Assembly (NCBI GenBank): GCA_002299785.1
Contig: DBNL01000101.1
Span: 1 to 47,978, forward strand
Source of the DNA: Verrucomicrobia bacterium UBA673
GTDB taxonomy: Bacteria > Verrucomicrobiota > Verrucomicrobiia > Limisphaerales > UBA1096
Direction of reading: 5' to 3'
DNA length: 47,978 bases
The notes beneath the pieces are model-generated. The model saw nothing but the letters and a program-made list of their open reading frames with translations, had not been told where the DNA came from and did not search any database. Made by a program: the position numbers and the translations under genes. Below are positions 42,989-47,978 of this stretch, one piece after another. Each line of letters begins with the position of its first letter. Position 1 is the stretch's first letter.

Positions 42989-44206
42989 ATGGCGTACCCC
43001 CCTCCAACCGAGAAGCAGGCCAAGTTACTTTGGGCGTCGGTGACGGCGCTCGCGATTGGCATACTGATTGGTTTGACTGGGGGTTTGGTACTAGGAATGG
43101 CGAAGCTAGCCAGCATGATTTCCTCGGTGTTGCTCCCCTTGGCTATTGCCGGCGTAATCGCGTATTTGCTCGATCCGGTGGTCGATTGGTTTCAAAAAAA
43201 ACACGGTTTCAGGCGACAGAACTCGATCATTCTGGTGTTCATTATCGCGCTGCTGCTGGTGGGGGGAATGGTGGCGTCGGTGGTTCCTCCGCTGATCGAG
43301 CAAACAACCAAGCTCACGAGCGAGTTACCGAAGATCGTCAAGACGTTTCAGGCTAGGGTTGGCACCGGCCCGGCCTCGAACGAGCCGGGCGATTCTCAAA
43401 CGACTTCCACCAACGCGCTAGCCAAGCCGGATTGGTTCGAGGCGATGCGGGAGAGAGTGAAGAAAATAGGCTTCGTCAACGAGGAGCTGATCGAGAAAGC
43501 GTCCAAGTTCGCTGTCAACACCGTTTCAGAGGTTTCCACCTGGCTGCTGGAGCAGTTGAAGAAAATCACGTCGCTCTTTGGCTTCCTCGCCGGCTTGGCG
43601 CTGGTGCCGGTGTATGTGTTTTATTTTCTACTCGAGAAGCGGGGCATCAACCGAAACTGGACGGATTATCTCCCGGTGCGCGACTCGTGGGTCAAGGAGG
43701 AGATCGTGTTCGTGCTGCGTTCGATCAACGACTGCCTGGTCGTCTTTTTCCGGAGCCAAGTGCTGGTGGCCATGTGCGTGGGCGCCCTGCTCACGGCCGG
43801 CTTTTTCGCGATTGGCCTGAAGTACGCGATTCTGCTGGGTGTCATTGCCGGCCTGTTGAGCATCATCCCATACCTTGGCGTGGCGTTGAGCATCATCCCG
43901 GTATTCGTACTGGCGATGATCCAGTTTGTGCCGGAAGACGGCTGGCTCAAGCCGGTTCTCATTCTTGTTTGGTTTGCTGCCGTGCAGGCGATGGAGGGGC
44001 TATTCATTTCGCCGAAAATCATCGGCGACAGGGTGGGACTACATCCGCTGACGATCATCGTTGCCGTGATGGTGGGCACTACGCTGTTGGGAGGGGTCAT
44101 TGGCGGCGTGCTGGCCATTCCATTGACCGCCGCGCTGCGGACGCTGATGTTCCGTTATGTCTGGAAGGATCGCGTGCACGCCGGTGACGCGATCGCAGCA
44201 ACGTGA
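42989..44206 (+). CDS. AI-2E family transporter (PerM/YhhT-like, UPF0118)
   Basis: 405 aa, about 8 TM helices. Conserved C-terminal half: IPYLG, then EGLFISPKIIGDRVGLHPL. Confidence 0.8.
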   Translation: MAYPPPTEKQAKLLWASVTALAIGILIGLTGGLVLGMAKLASMISSVLLPLAIAGVIAYLLDPVVDWFQKKHGFRRQNSIILVFIIALLLVGGMVASVVPPLIEQTTKLTSELPKIVKTFQARVGTGPASNEPGDSQTTSTNALAKPDWFEAMRERVKKIGFVNEELIEKASKFAVNTVSEVSTWLLEQLKKITSLFGFLAGLALVPVYVFYFLLEKRGINRNWTDYLPVRDSWVKEEIVFVLRSINDCLVVFFRSQVLVAMCVGALLTAGFFAIGLKYAILLGVIAGLLSIIPYLGVALSIIPVFVLAMIQFVPEDGWLKPVLILVWFAAVQAMEGLFISPKIIGDRVGLHPLTIIVAVMVGTTLLGGVIGGVLAIPLTAALRTLMFRYVWKDRVHAGDAIAAT

Positions 44207-45060
44207 GTGACGAAACTCGACAGCGAGAGCCAAGCCAGCCCGCCAACGTGGAGAGGTTGCACATTTATTTCCTGCCCAACCTGATGACTGCGGGCAACCT
44301 GTTGTGCGGGTTCCTTGCACTGACGTTCATCGTGCAGGTGGTTCCGGAGGGACCGGTTTTCAGTGACGCGGACGTCGAAAAAATTAAGAACGCTCTTTGG
44401 CTGATTCTGGGGGCGTTTGTATTCGACGGACTGGATGGCAGAATCGCGCGATTGATTGGCAAGGAGAGCCCGTTCGGGCTTCAGTTCGATTCGCTGGCGG
44501 ATATCATTTCGTTTGGAGCGGCGCCGGCGTTCCTGATGCAGAGGGTGATTCTGCACGACTTTGACGTTGAACTTGAGCGGCTTGGCCTTGTGGTGGCATC
44601 GGTCTATCTGTTGTGCGGCGCGCTGCGTTTGGCCCGTTACAACTGCCTCTCAGCGATGCCCGACTCCGGGAACAGTCGGGAGTTCCTAGGGTTCCCCATT
44701 CCGGCTTCAGCGGCGATGGTGGCTTCATTGACGATGTTTCTCGTCTGGCTGGAGGAGAAAAATTTGCCCACCAGCTCGTGGCGATGGGTGCTGCTAGCGG
44801 TGCTGGTGTTTCTCTCTGTGATGATGGTCAGTGAGGTCAAGTATCCGTCATTCAAAAAACTGGATTTCCGGTCGCGCAGACCGTTTACGAAGTTTGTGGT
44901 CGCTGTGGTAGTGATTGCATGTTTCGTTTTTTTGTGGAAATACCTCGTGCCTATCGTGCTACCTCTGATCTTCACTTCGTATCTGGTTTACGGTTTTGTT
45001 CGACCTCGGTTGTCACGAAAGCTGAGGAGGGAAATTGAGGAAGACTTTGATGATGTATAG
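44203..45060 (+). CDS. pssA: CDP-diacylglycerol--serine O-phosphatidyltransferase
   Basis: CDP-alcohol phosphatidyltransferase motif DGLDGRIAR(x8)G(x3)DSLAD. YFLPNLMTAGN N-terminus typical of type II PssA. The GTG start overlaps the previous stop. Confidence 0.88.
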   Translation: MSDETRQREPSQPANVERLHIYFLPNLMTAGNLLCGFLALTFIVQVVPEGPVFSDADVEKIKNALWLILGAFVFDGLDGRIARLIGKESPFGLQFDSLADIISFGAAPAFLMQRVILHDFDVELERLGLVVASVYLLCGALRLARYNCLSAMPDSGNSREFLGFPIPASAAMVASLTMFLVWLEEKNLPTSSWRWVLLAVLVFLSVMMVSEVKYPSFKKLDFRSRRPFTKFVVAVVVIACFVFLWKYLVPIVLPLIFTSYLVYGFVRPRLSRKLRREIEEDFDDV

Positions 45061-45078
45061 GCCGAGGGGCGCCCGTAG

Positions 45079-45744
45079 ATGACTCCGGTCGACTATGCAG
45101 TGGCCGTTGGCGCAGGGGCGTTGACCGGGTTTGTGTGCGCGGTGCCGGTGGGACCGATCAACGTCGCCATCATGGAGGTGGGCATCCACAGCGGCCGGAC
45201 ACGGGCGCTCACCATCGCGCTCGGTGCGCTGCTGATGGAAATGATCTACTGCGTCATCGCCTTCGGCGGGTTTGCGAGTTTGTTTGAGGATCCCACTATC
45301 CGGGCGACGGTGGAGCTGATCAGTTTCCTTGCGGTGACCGTCTTTGGCATCCGCTACCTGATGGCTGACACCGTAACCGTGCAGGGTAAGCGTGCCCGGA
45401 TGATCGAGCAGCGGCTGCACCCTCACACGATATTTTGGACCGGCTTCGTTCGGGTGCTGGTGAACCCCAACGTACTCCTGTTTTGGATTATGATTTCCGC
45501 CGTGCTCCTGGCCAACGGAACGTTGCAAGCCGCCTGGCAAAGCCGGATGGCCTGTGCCGCTGGTGCCGGCCTGGGCATTGCAGCCTGGTTTATGCTGATC
45601 GTGCTGGGAAGTGCCCGGGTGGGAAATCAGTTCTCGGACAGGACTCTCGTGCGGTTTTCCCACGTATCCGGCCTTCTTCTACTACTTTTGTCGGTGGTGA
45701 TTGCAGTGCGCCTGATTGGCACCGTGGCCCAACAAGGCAATTGA
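45079..45744 (+). CDS. LysE/RhtB-family amino-acid exporter
   Basis: 221 aa, 5 to 6 TM helices. N-terminal PVGPINV motif and NPNVLLFW in the second half. Confidence 0.75.
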   Translation: MTPVDYAVAVGAGALTGFVCAVPVGPINVAIMEVGIHSGRTRALTIALGALLMEMIYCVIAFGGFASLFEDPTIRATVELISFLAVTVFGIRYLMADTVTVQGKRARMIEQRLHPHTIFWTGFVRVLVNPNVLLFWIMISAVLLANGTLQAAWQSRMACAAGAGLGIAAWFMLIVLGSARVGNQFSDRTLVRFSHVSGLLLLLLSVVIAVRLIGTVAQQGN

Positions 45745-46173
45745 GCAAGCACACCGCGCTTTAGTAACCGTGAGGATTTCGGAGCTTAAGATAGAGAACA
45801 GATAACTTTTTACATCAGATTATGTTGCATATTCTTGTTATGAAGCGATCACCTTCATCCCTCTTTTAAATTTTCACATTTACAATAGTTACCGGCTGTC
45901 GATTAAAGTAATTTAGCTTCTTCAGGCTAGGTTGCCGCACCCTCAGGGGGCACACTCCTAATGCACTAAAATATCCTATGGCACTCGACGTTCGCATAGC
46001 AATAAAGAACAGTGTCATAAAAATTCAGTTTATCCCGGTGCGGGTGTGCATTGAGTTCCAGCCGAACAGGGAAGACGGGTTCAAGGAAAATGGTTTCGAT
46101 CTCTTGATCTCGTTGCCCTTGAGCAAGCGCTTGCGGGGTTGGGGAGTGCACACGGTTTGCTCCAGCGCTTGGC

Positions 46174-46204
46174 CAAAAAAAGACCGGCGGTTTATCGCCG
46201 GTCT
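46174..46204 (-). terminator. Rho-independent terminator of glnII
   Basis: On the minus strand there is a 9-bp stem AGACCGGCG / CGCCGGTCT with a 6-nt loop, followed by T7. It begins 26 nt after the glnII stop. A TTGGCCAA copy (46169) abuts the T-tract. Confidence 0.8.
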
Positions 46205-46230
46205 TTGATTTAATGGGGTAGAGGCCGGGT

Positions 46231-47247
46231 TTAAGCAAGCGCCTTTTTGGTGGTCTTGATGATGGCGGCCGCGATTTTGTACGGGTCGCCGTTGGACGCT
46301 GGGCGACGGTCTTCCAAGCGCCCTTTCCAGTCATTATCGACAGTGCCAATTGGGACGCGGATGGAGGCGCCACGGTCGGAAACTCCGTAGGAGAACTGGT
46401 CGATCGCTTGGGTTTCATGAAGACCGGTGAGGCGTTGGTCATTGTCGGCGCCGTACACGTCGATGTGCTCTGAAATATTCTTGCCGAATTCCTCACAAAT
46501 CTTGTTCATGAGAGGCTCGCCGCCCTGATCGCGCATGGCTCCGTTGGAGAAGTTGGCGTGCATGCCGGAGCCATTCCAGTCGCCCTTGATGGGCTTTGGC
46601 TCCAGATTGACGGAGACGCCGTAACGCTCGCCAATGCGCTCGAGCAGGTATCGTGCAACCCACATTTCGTCGCCGGATCGGGCTGCGCCCTTGGCAAAAA
46701 CCTGATACTCCCATTGCCCCATCATGACCTCGGCGTTGATGCCCTCGACATTGATTCCTGCATCGAGGCAGATTTGCAAATGCTCATCGACAATGTCCCT
46801 GCCTATTGCGTTGGCAGCACCGACGGAGGTGTAGAAAGGACCCTGCGGGCCGGGGAAACCGCCTTTCGGGAAACCAAGAGGGAGATTTGTGTCGGTGTCC
46901 CACAAGACATATTCCTGCTCGAAGCCGAACCAGAAATCGTCGTCGTCATCGTCGATGGTGGCTCGGCCGTTGGACTCGTGCGCGGTGCCGTCGGCGTTGA
47001 GGACTTCGCACATGACCAGCCAGTTGTCGGTACCGATCTTGTCGGGGTCCGGAAACAGGGCAACTGGCTTGAGGAGGCAATCGGAATCGTTGCCTGCAGC
47101 CTGCTCGGTCGATGAGCCGTCAAATGACCACATTTTGCAGTCTTCCAATGTTCCACCAAAATCGGTCTCGACCTTGGTCTTGCTTCGCAGGCTTTGGGTC
47201 GGCTTGTAGCCGTCCAGCCATATGTATTCTAGTTTCGCTTTACTCAT
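46231..47247 (-). CDS. glnII: Type II (eukaryote-like) glutamine synthetase
   Basis: 338 aa. Start is MSKAKLEYIWLDGY.PT..LR.KT. Then FDGSST.QA, WFGFEQEY, GINAEVMMGQWEYQ, NGSGMHANFS and DRGASIRVP. Co-linear with rhizobial GlnII as I recall it. Confidence 0.9.
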   Translation of the reverse strand: MSKAKLEYIWLDGYKPTQSLRSKTKVETDFGGTLEDCKMWSFDGSSTEQAAGNDSDCLLKPVALFPDPDKIGTDNWLVMCEVLNADGTAHESNGRATIDDDDDDFWFGFEQEYVLWDTDTNLPLGFPKGGFPGPQGPFYTSVGAANAIGRDIVDEHLQICLDAGINVEGINAEVMMGQWEYQVFAKGAARSGDEMWVARYLLERIGERYGVSVNLEPKPIKGDWNGSGMHANFSNGAMRDQGGEPLMNKICEEFGKNISEHIDVYGADNDQRLTGLHETQAIDQFSYGVSDRGASIRVPIGTVDNDWKGRLEDRRPASNGDPYKIAAAIIKTTKKALA

Positions 47248-47453
47248 GTTTTTAGGGATAAAAATTACGCAATACAGCCTGAAACCTTACTGGCCTACAA
47301 AACAAGGGCCCGCTCAAGGCTCATAGCCATTAGGGGTACTAATGACATGGTTTTCAAGTCTTTTTTCGCTGTCGTTGACTGCGTAATCACGGTTTAGATT
47401 AAAATCAACGCACTGTTCGGTTTGGCCAAGCTGGCCTACAAACATTGGAGGTA

Positions 47454-47469
47454 TGCAATTACAATGCCA
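47454..47469 (-). promoter_or_regulatory. Candidate sigma-54 (-24/-12) promoter for glnII
   Basis: The minus strand reads TGGCAT-TGTAA-TTGCA, matching TGGCAC-N5-TTGCW at the GG and GC dinucleotides with the exact spacing. The -12 element lies about 205 nt upstream of the glnII ATG. Confidence 0.5.
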
Positions 47470-47731
47470 ATAATTGAAGTTCCCTTTGTCAATTGCTTGA
47501 GTGAAGGCACATTTTCTCTGTAACCGTTGTTAATTTAATACAAAAGAAATCGGCCGGATACCAAGCGTTTGTGTTGCGTTATTCTAGCCTAAATGAGCAA
47601 AAAGAAACAATTTGTAAAAAATGTGTATTGCTTTTGAGTCGAGGCACTCGCATGAAAGTTTCCTTTTTGATGCGCATAAGTCGTTGTGACGCTGCTCATT
47701 ATCAAGTTAATATAATATAACTGAAAAATAA

Positions 47732-47747
47732 TGGCATTTATATTGCT
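47732..47747 (+). promoter_or_regulatory. Candidate sigma-54 (-24/-12) promoter for the downstream exported-protein gene
   Basis: The plus strand reads TGGCAT-TTATA-TTGCT with exact GG-N10-GC spacing. It lies about 113 nt upstream of the ATG at 47860 and is divergent from the glnII candidate promoter. Confidence 0.5.
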
Positions 47748-47859
47748 CCTAAGTGATTGGTCTCAAGCTGGTTAGATTTTATAGAAGATTCGTTACATTG
47801 GATCTGCCTGCTAGACTGGGTTAATAATAGTTTACCAAACCAAAACAACTGAATTATCA

Positions 47860-47978
47860 ATGAAGAGATTCTCTTATATTCTATCGTTAATGGCAGGCTT
47901 TTGCCTGATCTCGTTCCCCGCCTTCGCTCAAGAAGCAGCAGCAGCTATTGCAGAAGCATCTACAGCTGAGGAAACCGC
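47860..47978 (+). CDS. 5' end of a gene for an exported protein (partial; runs off the window end)
   Basis: Not in the ORF track. ATG at 47860, then MKRFSYILSLMAGFCLISFPAFA/QEAAAAIAEASTAEET, a clear signal peptide, open to the window end. Function unknown; an ammonium transporter or porin would fit the context but is a guess. Confidence 0.5.
   Translation, partial: MKRFSYILSLMAGFCLISFPAFAQEAAAAIAEASTAEET

Noticed and set aside
46070-46095. tRNA-like T-loop word GGGTTCAAGG
   Set aside because: The flanking bases cannot form a T-stem, and no acceptor or anticodon arms can be drawn. I found no convincing tRNA anywhere in the window.
45978-46208. 76-aa plus-strand ORF in the lysE / glnII gap
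   Set aside because: It has no Shine-Dalgarno sequence and an unremarkable composition. Its 3' end runs through the glnII terminator hairpin.

Overview
A densely coding stretch (about 92%) of a moderately GC-rich bacterial chromosome. I support about 40 protein genes. I recognised no rRNA, tRNA, CRISPR array, transposase, integrase or phage module. All product calls come from reading motifs in the supplied translations; no database search was run.

Most genes are core housekeeping:
- Information processing and repair: rpoD, argS, a DEAD-box helicase, a DinG-like helicase, a UvrA-family ATPase.
- Metabolism: proC, pssA, trpG/pabA, a type II glutamine synthetase (glnII), eda, a DapL-like aminotransferase.
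- Transport, redox and regulation: corA, a DsbD-like reductase, ptsN, an NtrB/NtrC-like sigma-54 two-component pair.

Four envelope or accessory-looking modules are interspersed:
- a VTC / DUF4956 / HlyD-like trio (339..2954);
- an enolase-superfamily enzyme plus GntP permease pair;
- an OMP / Wzc / Wza / FHA polysaccharide-export cluster (16041..20562);
- a small secreted protein translationally coupled to a prodomain-less matrixin-type metalloprotease (33382..35696).

The gene flavour (glnII, secreted proteins with TSP3-like DxDxDG motifs and an FYRV-type C-terminus, a lysine-rich sigma-70 tail) suggests a PVC/Verrucomicrobiota-like organism. That is a weak inference.

The strongest signal not explained by gene annotation is a highly iterated palindrome. 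I count about 37 exact TTGGCCAA copies, which is the core of CGCTTGGCCAAGCG. They occur in at least two reading frames on both coding strands and are enriched in short spacers, reminiscent of cyanobacterial HIP1.

Other points worth a second look:
- a UvrA-family protein that keeps the UvrB-binding module but lacks the insertion domain;
- an RpoD with a histone-H1-like N-terminal tail containing a 15-bp tandem repeat;
- divergent sigma-54-type promoters around glnII;
- two unusually long AT-rich non-coding spacers.

I found no clear self-contained novel defence or mobile system.
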